From IMG/VR virus record IMGVR_UViG_2740892442_000004: DNA of 64,000 nucleotides; one strand, 5' to 3'. Below are positions 10,357 through 21,100 of this stretch, piece by piece; positions within the stretch are counted from its first letter, which is position 1; the number at the start of each line of letters is the position of its first letter. The stretch is from a virus (Duplodnaviria; Heunggongvirae; Uroviricota; Caudoviricetes). Both the position numbers and the translations under genes were made by a program. The notes under the pieces are model-generated. The model saw only the letters and a list, made by a program, of their open reading frames with translations, made no database searches and was not told where the DNA came from.

Positions 10357-10514
10357 GACACAGCGTTGAGCGGTTTGGCCTTTTAATCAACTCGATTAAG
10401 ACTCCGCTAACATAAACCAGACCGCTCAACGCTGTGATAGATAATTACGGCAGACGTTCTTAACCATAGCTTGCTAACATCCTAGCAACACTTTTTTTCA
10501 GCGCAAAATTCAAA

Positions 10515-10534
10515 GGGGCTTCGGCCCCTTTTTT
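10515..10534. terminator. Rho-independent terminator between convergent transcripts
   Basis: ggggcttcggcccc followed by tttttt. Confidence 0.65.
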
Positions 10535-10549
10535 GTTGAACAGTGCAAT

Positions 10550-11812
10550 TTACTTTGCATAGTCGCCCAATTTTAATATTTCGCGCTTATATTCATTAAC
10601 CATGCTACTGGATTCAGTATAAATTCGATTTAAAAGATTATCGTTATCTTTATTCTCATTTATCTTAATGAGTGATAATTTATATTCATAGTCATCAAAT
10701 GCCACAATCAAATGGTGGCCTGGGATTATATCTTCGTCACTCTTGAAGTATATATCTTCAAGTATGTAATCTAGTTGATTAGATTTTCTTTTCTCGATGT
10801 AATCTTCAGCCATAGCTATTACATCATTCCTGTCATTTAACCTGTTTTTTTCGGAAGGCACATCTTCGTAATGTTGCACGATTGAACAACCAATAAGGCG
10901 TGGGATGTAAACGTCAAAATGAGTAACTCTATCATTCGCGGTTTTAAGTAGTTCCTCAAAGTAGTTTCTTACATGTAAAGGCAACTTCTCAAAGTAATCA
11001 TTAATTATAGGAGAACAAGGAGTTTTATAATTCATAAGAACCGACGGTACGAGCTTTGGGTCTCGAAACATCCAGTCCCTTTTAACGTCCGATGGAACAT
11101 AATAACTTTTAATGATATTATCAAAATAATTTATCATTCGAGATTTGAATATTTTGTTGAATCTAAGGTTTATGAATGCATCCAGATAAGGCATATCTGA
11201 ATAAGCATCATCAAAAAATATTTCATCATTGAAAAAATCATATTTATTTAATAAACAACACAGTTTTCCCGAATTAATATGTTCACAATAATCGATCTTT
11301 AATCCAAAGATAGCAATGATCAACTTCATCTGAGGTGGGATTTTGAAAATTAATTGTGACACATACGCTCTTTTTTCCTTTAGACATTCCCCATCAATAT
11401 AAAATGAACTATCCACATACTCAAAAATATTAATAATATGCTTCACATACTGTATTACCTCATGCTGTTTTACCAATGGGTAATATAGTCTATTTAACTC
11501 ATCGCTGTTTAAATTAATTTTGCGTTTATCGATAATTTGTTTTGCAAGAAGACATAGCTCATCATGTTGATTTAATAAGGAATCAAACCATTGTTTAAAT
11601 GCACTCTTTCGCATTTCGAACAATGATTCTGTTGTTAATTGAAGGGCTGAAAAAGCTGCTTTTGCACTTTTTCTCGCTTCGTAGGCATTCCATGCTGTTG
11701 CTATAAAAGCAAATGCTGTAGCCAATGTTCCAACAATTTGACCATTTAAAACAACCCAATCCCAAAAAATCACGGTGAGCAGTAGTATAATAATGAAAAT
11801 TAAAAAAGGCAT
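10550..11812 (-). CDS. hypothetical membrane protein, strongly AT-rich
   Basis: 420 aa; two predicted N-terminal TM helices; GC visibly far below flanks; opposite strand to neighbours. Confidence 0.55.
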   Translation of the reverse strand: MPFLIFIIILLLTVIFWDWVVLNGQIVGTLATAFAFIATAWNAYEARKSAKAAFSALQLTTESLFEMRKSAFKQWFDSLLNQHDELCLLAKQIIDKRKINLNSDELNRLYYPLVKQHEVIQYVKHIINIFEYVDSSFYIDGECLKEKRAYVSQLIFKIPPQMKLIIAIFGLKIDYCEHINSGKLCCLLNKYDFFNDEIFFDDAYSDMPYLDAFINLRFNKIFKSRMINYFDNIIKSYYVPSDVKRDWMFRDPKLVPSVLMNYKTPCSPIINDYFEKLPLHVRNYFEELLKTANDRVTHFDVYIPRLIGCSIVQHYEDVPSEKNRLNDRNDVIAMAEDYIEKRKSNQLDYILEDIYFKSDEDIIPGHHLIVAFDDYEYKLSLIKINENKDNDNLLNRIYTESSSMVNEYKREILKLGDYAK

Positions 11813-11986
11813 GTATGTATTTCACTCTACTAACTATAAAATATTAGGGTAATGTTAACCAAACAATGCCTTAATTAATAGATTGATCGAGGCTTTAATA
11901 GCTTTATAATGCAGACTGCAAAGATAAGTATGGACATACCTATCTTCTTTGTGAGTAAAGTTGCATATCAATTCTATGAGGTAACA

Positions 11987-12232
11987 ATGACGATCACTAT
12001 CTACGGACGAGATAACTGCTCATACTGCAAACGTGCGGTCGAGCTGGCGAAGCAACTAAAGGGACATGGCTACGGTGATTATGAGTACATCGACATCACC
12101 ACTGCCGGTATCGACAAGGAAAAACTAAGTGAAATTGTTGGTAAACCGGTAGAGACTATCCCCCAGGTGCTGATCGATGGCCAGCCGATTGGCGGATACA
12201 CAGAACTGGCTGCATACGTCAGCACCCTCTGA
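11987..12232 (+). CDS. glutaredoxin (NrdC-like)
   Basis: CSYC active-site motif in an 81 aa thioredoxin-fold protein; GAGGTAA Shine-Dalgarno; ORF opens at 11909. Confidence 0.7.
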   Translation: MTITIYGRDNCSYCKRAVELAKQLKGHGYGDYEYIDITTAGIDKEKLSEIVGKPVETIPQVLIDGQPIGGYTELAAYVSTL

Positions 12233-12238
12233 TTTTAA

Positions 12239-12259
12239 CGGCTCACAGGAGCCGTTTTT
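12239..12259 (+). terminator. Rho-independent terminator
   Basis: cggctcacaggagccg followed by ttttt. Confidence 0.6.
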
Positions 12260-12442
12260 ATTCCCACCAAACTCACTCCCATTTCCCTTAAAATTCAAAA
12301 AACAACGTCAAAATGATTCCATACCTACTATGTATGGAATCATTGCTGAAAATGAGTTACTTTTACTCTTGATCCTATAAGAATCTATGCCTAATATACT
12401 GTTTACTTATACAGTACATCGGCGTAACTCGGTGATTGTCAT

Positions 12443-13545
12443 ATGAAAAATAGCTTTGACAGAGCACGCGCTGCGGAGAACACCTCAAAAGAGGCGATAG
12501 AGTATCTCGAAAGAGCATCTCAAATGCAGGCCGTTATGATCTCGCAGGTTAGCAATGACATGAGATTCTCGGACGCATTCATGTTATTCACTCGCTTATC
12601 TCTGCTGATAACCAGACGTCGGCCAGAGATCGCTGTTCATTGTATTTTGATACATGTTTTGCCGCACATTGCCGATGTAAAAGTAAGTGACATTAATAGG
12701 TTCATGGTGAACCAACTGGTCAACCCACTAATACTGGATGGCAAAATTGTTATGGGCCGCCGCGTTTTCTCTCTGATGAAGCAGTTCCTTAGCTGGTGCG
12801 CCTTCCAGGGGATGATAGACGTGTCACCGTTAAACGATATGTCACTTAACAAAGTTGCCGGTGGCGCAAAGCCCACACCTCGCGAGCGGAAGCTGACCGA
12901 CGCAGAGGTATGGGTGTTCTGGAATATATGGGACTACTTCAATGTGTGTGCTGGTACAAAATGGGCGGCCAGGCTATGTCTTGTATCCGCAAGACGACCT
13001 GACGAAGTACTGCGGGCTAAAAAAAGTGAGTTCAATCTTAAGCGTGGGGTTTGGAATCAAGGCAAGAGGAACAAATCTGCCCGTGAGCATTCTCTGCCTT
13101 TAAGCTCATTAATGCGCACTTGTATTGAAGAGTTGTTCGAATATGGTAAAGACAGCCAGTGGCTCGTGCCTTCGAATAAAAAAATCGGGAAAGACCTTCC
13201 TATGTCTAAAGTGGCAATAGCCAGGCATTACGTCGTATTCTGGAACGACCAGAACTGATGGAGCTTGAGCCATTTACACCCCGAGATTTGCGCCGTACTG
13301 CGCGTAGTTACTTCCCAGCATTAGGCATAAGCCAGGAGGTATCACGTAAAATCATGAACCACAGTCTTGAGGGGATAGATCGGGTCTACGACCGGCACGA
13401 TTATATGGACGAGATGCGAGACGCCTTAGAAAGTTTCTCGACGTACATCGCATCAATCGTAGAGCAACCGGATTTAGACGAAATTGACCACAAATTTAAG
13501 GGAGATCGTCTATCAACAGAGCTTATTCGTGTAAATTTTTCATAG
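12443..13545 (+). CDS. tyrosine recombinase/integrase, apparently frameshifted near 13258 (possible pseudogene or indel error)
   Basis: Upstream ORF has LVSARRPDE box I-like Arg; downstream ORF has TPRDLRRTARSYF and MNHSLEGIDRVYDRHDY catalytic motifs; the two ORFs abut in different frames. Confidence 0.5.
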
Positions 13546-13926
13546 AGACTTTATGGCCTCAACAACCTTTTGTGATGCGCCTTTCTCTTTACCGAATCGC
13601 TCGTTATATGCAGCAAGAACCTGTTTTTCGTCCTCGTTAAGAGGAGCAGTGCCTTCTTTGTATAAAAATGCTGCGAGTTCGGGTTGGCGTTCTTCCAGCA
13701 CCATCATCATAAGACGACTTGGCTCAATACCCAGTGCCAGCGCCAGCGGACGAACCTTATCGATAGGCAAAGGAATTTTGCCGCTTTTAATTAAAGAAAG
13801 GTTGTTGGCGTTTTTATACCCAATTGTTTTGGCTATCTGGGCCTGGCTCATAGGTGAGGATTCAATCAACCCTGCGATAAAAGCAGCGTAGCGACTTTCT
13901 ATAAATTCAATCTTGTTATCAGACAT
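13540..13926 (-). CDS. HTH (XRE-family) transcriptional regulator
   Basis: Helix-turn-helix segment SQAQIAKTIGYKNANNLSLIKSGK, 128 aa. Confidence 0.55.
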   Translation of the reverse strand: MSDNKIEFIESRYAAFIAGLIESSPMSQAQIAKTIGYKNANNLSLIKSGKIPLPIDKVRPLALALGIEPSRLMMMVLEERQPELAAFLYKEGTAPLNEDEKQVLAAYNERFGKEKGASQKVVEAIKSL

Positions 13927-14177
13927 GGTTACAACCTTTGCGCGTTCAATTCTCTCTGGTAAGTGCTTACCGATATTACATCAAAGGTTAGGGTTGTAAA
14001 GCTATTATCATTTTTTTCGATAGGCACTTAAAAGACCGGTTAAAGGCCATTGCACGGAGAAAAATTAGCCCAAAATAGGTAAGAAAATCAACTTGCATAT
14101 GATATGAATGTATTCAGTATTGATACAAATTTTAGTAGTATTCCTTACCATAGTATAAGTTAGAATGGATTGATTGA

Positions 14178-14390
14178 ATGAACACCACTATTTCCAGCCT
14201 AATCGCTCTTGAGATCGGACACGTACAGAAATTAGCTGATGAGTGTGTAGCTGACATCCTCACCGATCTACCGAATGAGCAGATTCAGGTTGGTGTGAAT
14301 GACACAACTGGATTTATATTCGAACTTAACAACAAACGCTTCACGCTTCTCAATACCGGCTCCGGGTCTTTAGCCGTCAGAATCTGTTAA
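14178..14390 (+). CDS. hypothetical small protein, divergent from HTH regulator
   Basis: 70 aa ORF. Confidence 0.4.
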   Translation: MNTTISSLIALEIGHVQKLADECVADILTDLPNEQIQVGVNDTTGFIFELNNKRFTLLNTGSGSLAVRIC

Positions 14391-14488
14391 CCCCTCTTCT
14401 CCCTGCGCGAATGGCTTAGTTCCCTGTTCGCGCAGTGCTACATTAAACACACTAGTAAATAATTTGTTTTCATAACAAAGGATTAGCC

Positions 14489-16597
14489 ATGTCTAAAAAA
14501 CGTTCCATCAAAGAGGTTCAGGACTTCCGTGACAGTGTAAAACGAGTAGTCGCTCTCCTTTCAGGTAAAAACATCCCTGTTGCAGAACGAGGGGACGACG
14601 CTTATGTACGCTATAACGATGATGGAGAGCCAATTCTCGTAAACATCCCATCAATCCCGGATAACGCAACACCGGCATTGATGAATGCTGTGCGCGGATT
14701 TCTCGATCATGAGGTTGCTCACATTTTGTTTACCGATATTCGTGTGTCCAACAAAATGAGAGAAAAAGGACGCGTTCCTTCCTGGTCGCTATGGAATGCC
14801 TTAGAAGACGTGTTCATCGAGCGAAAAATGGGTCAGGTCTTTAACGGAACAAGACGTAATCTGATGGCAACTCAGCGCCTTATAATCGAAAAAGTCTTTA
14901 AACCAAAGGCTTCAGAGGCTATTGCTTATTGTGGCAAAGATCAGCGCGCGCTTTTTCTAAACTTCTTTCTCTGTCCGGTTGTAAGAGCCTGGGATGGCCA
15001 AGCACCGTTCGTAGATTTCATGGATGAATATTGGCCTGTCATTGAGAAACCAATTTCATTATTAAAAGAACATGGTATCGATGTGGCCGTGCGTAACATG
15101 TCTTGCACCGAGGATTGTGTAAAGGTGGCTGCGACCATAGCTAAGATCCTCAAAGACACTGAAAGTGAAAGCAAAGGTAAGGAGTCAGCTCCGGGAAAAA
15201 CTTCCGATCCTTCAGACGCTGACCAGACGGATGCCTCTGGAGAAAACAATGAAGACAACGAAGATCATGAGACACCCTCAGCGTTAGATAATCACAAATC
15301 TATCAAATCAGAATCACACAGTAAGCACAAACATGATAATAACGACGGTGATGATTCAGATAATTCTGAATCATCAGAAACAATATTCGATGATACAGAA
15401 AATGATAAAGAGGTATCAGATTCTGATGCTTCTGATAACGCGGTGTCAGAATCATTTACCGCTGACCACGAAAAAAGAAAAACGACAGAAGACGGCTCTT
15501 CAGATATCCCAACTCCGTCAAAAATGAGTCTGGAAGAGGCTTTAGAGGAGCTGGATAGCATAGAAGATGAAGTCGGAGGCATGACAGAAGATGCTCTATC
15601 CGAAACGATTAAAAGCGAGTTAACAGAAAGCTCGAAAAGCGAATACAGGCCATACAATCGCTCATACGACTTCATCGGCTCGATTGATCAGGCAGAAGCC
15701 CATATCAAACGGCTTATTAAAACATTCTCCGATATTGATTTAGGTGGATATCCAATCAGCCGTTATCGCATCGTTCCTGAAGGCAACCAACTCTTCGACA
15801 AATATATTGAAAAGCACCTTTCGTCAGGTGTTTCGTCGACGCTGGCAAAAGACCTGGAGCGAGCAATAGCAAGCAGAAACAGAGTTCAGTTTATACCTGG
15901 CCAGCGTCGGGGGCGCATTCATGGTTCAAGTATCTACAGATTAACAATGAATGATGATCGCGTGTTTCGTAAAAAAGAAGAATCTAAAGCCGTTAACGCC
16001 TGTGTTCAACAAGTGATTGATTTATCGGGTTCAATGAGTGGCGAAACGATAAAACTAGCTCTTGCAAGTGCATATACCATCGCCGATGCACTTGATCGAA
16101 TAAATGTTCCCAACATTATCACCGGCTTCACTACATTTGGTAGTCATATGGCGGCAGGAGAACTTAAGGCTGTCAAGTATGAGTTCTCTCGCTTTGAATC
16201 TTTAATGCTACCTATCATCAAAAATTGGAATGAAAAGGTAAATTCTCGCGAAGTTCGCTCACGTATGGGGTGCGTAGGCTACACATTCCCACTTCTTAAT
16301 AACGTGGATGGTGAAAGCATAGCCAGCCTTGCATCGTTATTTTCCGGTCGCATGGAGGACAGGAAGATCATGCTTGTTCTGAGTGATGGCGCGCCGTGGG
16401 CTGTTGGGAGAGGTTTTGACGCTCATTTGCGTTCAGTTGCGAAGCAAATTGAAACGCAGACTGATATTGATTTGATGGCAATTGGCATCATGACTGACGC
16501 ACCGGAGAGATTTTACTCAAATCATGCCCTGGTAACGAGCGTTGATAGTCTTGGTTCATCTGTAGTTACTGAACTATCTCGTATCATTTTAAAGTGA
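14489..16597 (+). CDS. vWA-domain protein (CobT-like) with acidic low-complexity insert
   Basis: MIDAS-type DLSGSMSG motif near C-terminus; D/E/S-rich segment around 15180-15560. Confidence 0.6.
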   Translation: MSKKRSIKEVQDFRDSVKRVVALLSGKNIPVAERGDDAYVRYNDDGEPILVNIPSIPDNATPALMNAVRGFLDHEVAHILFTDIRVSNKMREKGRVPSWSLWNALEDVFIERKMGQVFNGTRRNLMATQRLIIEKVFKPKASEAIAYCGKDQRALFLNFFLCPVVRAWDGQAPFVDFMDEYWPVIEKPISLLKEHGIDVAVRNMSCTEDCVKVAATIAKILKDTESESKGKESAPGKTSDPSDADQTDASGENNEDNEDHETPSALDNHKSIKSESHSKHKHDNNDGDDSDNSESSETIFDDTENDKEVSDSDASDNAVSESFTADHEKRKTTEDGSSDIPTPSKMSLEEALEELDSIEDEVGGMTEDALSETIKSELTESSKSEYRPYNRSYDFIGSIDQAEAHIKRLIKTFSDIDLGGYPISRYRIVPEGNQLFDKYIEKHLSSGVSSTLAKDLERAIASRNRVQFIPGQRRGRIHGSSIYRLTMNDDRVFRKKEESKAVNACVQQVIDLSGSMSGETIKLALASAYTIADALDRINVPNIITGFTTFGSHMAAGELKAVKYEFSRFESLMLPIIKNWNEKVNSREVRSRMGCVGYTFPLLNNVDGESIASLASLFSGRMEDRKIMLVLSDGAPWAVGRGFDAHLRSVAKQIETQTDIDLMAIGIMTDAPERFYSNHALVTSVDSLGSSVVTELSRIILK

Positions 16598-16692
16598 ACA
16601 AAACAGCCTTAACGATAAGTAACCACTTACGATAGATAATGATATATTTATATAAGAAGTTGAACGCTCATTAGAAAACAAAGGAAAAACGC

Positions 16693-17928
16693 ATGACTAC
16701 TACTGCACTGCAAAATGAAAAAAATCCTTCTGATTACCTTGTTTGCAAGTGGTGCGGAAAATCATTTCACTATTTTAAGTCCCATGTAGCCAATGGTAAT
16801 TGCGAGGGCATTCCTGAGTCAGTAAAAGATGCCGATCCTGACACCGTACTGAAAATGTACACAACACAGTTTCCAGATGAGCCAACGCTATCGAAAAAGG
16901 CACTTGATGCAATTCAAGCTAAACGTGCCGAGCAAAAAAGCGAAATGGCCAAATCATCTGGCGTGACCAGTAGCCCAGGCTACACAGGCACAGTTGAGTA
17001 CAAGACAGATCTGGTCGCAGCTCACGAACTGCTAAATGTAACGGTGAAAGAACTCGGAACAAAACGTGGGACGCCGCTCATGGTTAGCGTCAACGTCAAT
17101 ACGCCGTTTCCAGAGTTCGTTCCTGAAGTGAAGAAGGGATACGTATATGGCGACTTCGAACTGATCAAAGACATTTTCATGATGCTTGAACTTGGCATAC
17201 CTGGCTATTTGTGGGGTCATGCAGGAACAGGCAAATCTTCATTGCCTACACAACTATGTGCTTTGCTCAATCGTCCGTTAATCCGTGCCCAACATACAGC
17301 ATCAATGGAAGAGGCTCATGTTACGGGACAAATTCTGGCGCGTGATGGCTCTACGTATTTCGAGCCTGGCTTGCTTGCGCTCGCAATGAAGCATGGCTGG
17401 GTTTACCTCGCGGATGAATACGACTTTGCGTTTCCACAGATTCTTGGCGTGTATCAGCCAGTGCTGGAAGGTGAAGCGTTGGTCATCAAAGAGGCGACTC
17501 CAGAATGGCGTCGCATTACTCCGCATGAACGGTTTGCTTTCATTGGCACTGGCAACACGAACGGATCTGGTGATGAAACCGGCTTGTACCAGGGTACAAA
17601 CATCCAGAACGCCGCGAACTTTTCGCGTTTTGGCATCGTTTCGAATGTGAAATACATGAGCAAAGAGGCAGAGATCAACATGTTGATAAATGCCGGTATC
17701 GTGGATGAATACGCAGAAAAGATGGTTAAGTTTGCCGGTATCGTTCGCGATGGATACGAAGAACACCTTATCAGTCAGCCAATTGGCCCTCGTGAACTTT
17801 TGTTGTCGGCCAAGATTGGAATGATGCGAGGCGACTTTGTGACAGGTATTGAGCGTTCTTTCATTAACAAACTCCCTTCAGCTTCTGCACAAGCGGCTCG
17901 TGAAGTTGTTCAAAAAATATTTGGTTAA
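16693..17928 (+). CDS. AAA+ ATPase (CobS/MoxR-like)
   Basis: Walker A GHAGTGKSS, Walker B VYLADEYD; 411 aa. Confidence 0.65.
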   Translation: MTTTALQNEKNPSDYLVCKWCGKSFHYFKSHVANGNCEGIPESVKDADPDTVLKMYTTQFPDEPTLSKKALDAIQAKRAEQKSEMAKSSGVTSSPGYTGTVEYKTDLVAAHELLNVTVKELGTKRGTPLMVSVNVNTPFPEFVPEVKKGYVYGDFELIKDIFMMLELGIPGYLWGHAGTGKSSLPTQLCALLNRPLIRAQHTASMEEAHVTGQILARDGSTYFEPGLLALAMKHGWVYLADEYDFAFPQILGVYQPVLEGEALVIKEATPEWRRITPHERFAFIGTGNTNGSGDETGLYQGTNIQNAANFSRFGIVSNVKYMSKEAEINMLINAGIVDEYAEKMVKFAGIVRDGYEEHLISQPIGPRELLLSAKIGMMRGDFVTGIERSFINKLPSASAQAAREVVQKIFG

Positions 17929-18108
17929 TCGTGCGTAAAGGATGTTTCGGCTCTCTTATCGCTGCTTCTGAAACTGGTAAGGCTTGTCTGGTGTGTCCAG
18001 ACAAGCCCGATTGTCACCAATCAGCAAAAGAAGTTGCGATTTCGATGCATGGGAAGTTCGTAGGCTTCCCCAATGACAAAATCAAAAAAACCAGAAAGGT
18101 AAAAACAC

Positions 18109-21100
18109 ATGAAGGCACTGATGGTTCGAACTGACTTCTCACTTGGGGAGTCGGCTCTAAAAGCAGAAAACGCGGTGAAGATTGCCAGAGAAGCTGGCTA
18201 CACCGCTGTAATTTCAGCAGATAGCATGAATATTGCGAGCGTTATTCCACTACAACGTGCCGCTGGTGACGACATGGCGGTTATTTGTGGTGTGAAACTA
18301 AACATTGTTGATGATCCCACATACGAGCACCGGGCTAAACTTGCTAAAGAATCTATGAGATGTATGGAATCATTAGAGCGGGGACGTAACTACTCGTTTA
18401 CCGCTCTAATTAAAAATGAGCAAGGATATCGCGACATCTGCGAACTAATGACGGCGGCCAACACACGAGAACAGTTCTACTTTGTACCGCGTCTCTCGCT
18501 CGAACAGTTGGTTTCTACATATGCCAAAGGCAACATCATCCTGCTTACTTCCGACATCGGTAGCGTGTTCCAACGCAACGATTTTGCAAAAATCATAAGC
18601 ACACTGATTACAGCGGGTGGAAAAGACAACTTCTATAGTGTGGTTTATCCGCACCCTACTCCATTCTACGACCAGATTAACGTCCGGGCGATGAAAGTCG
18701 CCAGCGCATTGAAAATAGAGCCAGTGGCGTTCTATCCCGCTTATTACGAATCGATCGACGATGCAGACATTAAAGACATTGCGCACATGGTTACGAACAA
18801 CATCAAAATCGACCAGCCGCATCGTCTGCGTATCCCCCACCAGCGAGATAACGCCGTCAATGGTCGCCGCCATCTCCTTGAGGCGCTTAAAGCCTTCTCC
18901 GTTCGCATGGATGTGCCGGTAACAGCTGCAATGGCCTCAACAACGCAGGATACCATTATCGATGCCTGCACATGGCGCTGGCATGAATTGCCGCCAGCAC
19001 TGCCAAAGATGGCAGACGACGAGCCTGCAACGCTTATGAAACTGGCTGTTGCAGGGCTGCGTAAACGTCTTACCACAAAAGAGTTTGGCTACACACCACC
19101 TGCTTCTGAGAACAGGGTTTATGTTGAGCGGCTAAAGTACGAAATGGACACGCTGACTCGCCTGGGATTTTGTGGTTACTTCCTGATGGTACGCGATCTG
19201 ATGAATCATAGTCGTGAAACTGGCATTCCCGTTGGGCCTGGTCGTGGTTCCTCTGCCGGTTCTCTGGTGGCGTGGTGCATAGGCATAACCAACGTCGACC
19301 CAATCCGTCACGGTCTTCTGTTTGAGCGTTTCATCAACCCTGAGCGTCTCGACTTGCCGGATGCGGACTTGGACTTCAGCCAGGCACGTCGCCATGAGGT
19401 GATCGAGTATCTGAATGAACGCTACGGCGAAGATTACGTTGCGGGTATTCCGAACTTCACCTACCTGGGCGCAGCCTCTGCACTACGTGATACCGCTCGT
19501 ATTTATGGTGTGGAGTCCGCAGATATGGCGGTATCAAAAGAACTGAAGAACGTCGAGGATGATAGCCTTCCATTGGAAGAGCTGCGCGAACAACTGGCAA
19601 GTCTCGACAAATACGCAACAAAATATCCTGATGCATTCAATGCAGCCTGCAAGTTACAAAGCCTTATGCGTGGCTTTGGTAGACATGCGGCAGGGATGAT
19701 CGTAGCAGGTGTTCCTCTGACAGAACGTACACCGGTTGAGCGCCGTGGTGACGCGCGTTGTATCGCATTTGACAAGCGTTACTGCGAGGCTATGGGCCTA
19801 ATTAAGCTGGACGTGCTTGGCCTGGCAACTCTCGATTTGCTCGATAGTGCAAAACTCTACATAAAAGAGAACACAGGTGAAGATATCAATCTTGATGCCA
19901 TTTCTCTTGAAGATCGCAAGGTGCTGGATGGTTTTGCTGCTGGGTACAGTCAAGGTGTTTTCCAGCTTGAATCAGGCCCAATGCGCAAGCTGCTTAAAGA
20001 TTTAGGTGGTGGAATTGAGCCAATGAGCTTTAAAACGGTCGTCGCTACAACTGCGCTCTTCCGGCCGGGGCCAATTCAATCAGGCATGTTGGATGACTAT
20101 GTTTCTGTCGCCAAAGGCTTTATGACGCCGGAATCATTACACCCCGTTCTTGATGAACTTACCGCGGAAACAAATGGCGTGATTCTCTATCAGGAACAGA
20201 CGATGAACGCGACTCGATTGCTTGCCGGCTTCACAATGGCTGAAGCTGACGCTGTGCGTTCCGCAATCGGTAAGAAGAACATGGAAAAAATGAAGAGCAT
20301 GGGCGAGAAGTTCATCGTTCAGGCTCAAGCTGGCTGGATAGACGTTGAGCTGGAAGATGGCACTACACAGCGCATTCACCGTGCGGAACATTTTAAATGC
20401 GAAGACGGAACTCTGAAAACTGTCGAAGAGGCACTTGAGCACGGCGCAAAACTACCTATAAACGCAGTACGCGTTACAGCGTCACATCCAGGGCTATCAG
20501 AGATGAAAGCGAAGGAGATCTGGACCGCATTTGAGAAAAACGGAGCCTATCAGTTCAATAAATCACACTCCGTTGCTTATTCTTTAATCAGTTATCAGTC
20601 TATGTGGCTAAAGACGCACTACCCTGCTGAGTTCTTCGCAGCTGCGCTCACCATTCTGGGCGAGGATAAGCATCAGGGGCTGGTGAAGGATGCGCTGACC
20701 TATGGCATTCGCGTATTGCCACCAGACGTTAATGTGTCATCTAACCGAATTGAGATCCGCACACTCGAAGACGGCAGTCAGGCACTGTATGCGCCATTCT
20801 CTGCTGTGAAAGGCTGTTCTGAAAATGGTTGTCAGGCAATTATGCGTGCGCGTGAGAAAGTTGGTGGCAAATTCGAGTCAGTGGCACAATTCGATGAAGC
20901 GGTCGAGAAGCGTGCATGTAACAGTCGTGTACGCGAGTCGCTTCATAAAGTAGGGGCTTTTGCGTCAATTGAGCCAGGCAGTCTGCCAGCAACTGATCCT
21001 GAACGACTGCGCGACCAGGCTGAGCTGATGGGCAATCTCATCATTGACGCTGTTAAAGCATCACGTCCGTTCGAAATGAATCCTAAGCGTTCTGCCGAAA

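Noticed and set aside
17931-18134. 67 aa Cys-containing ORF running into the dnaE start
   Set aside because: Non-ATG start, overlaps the dnaE leader and start codon; kept as unconfirmed.
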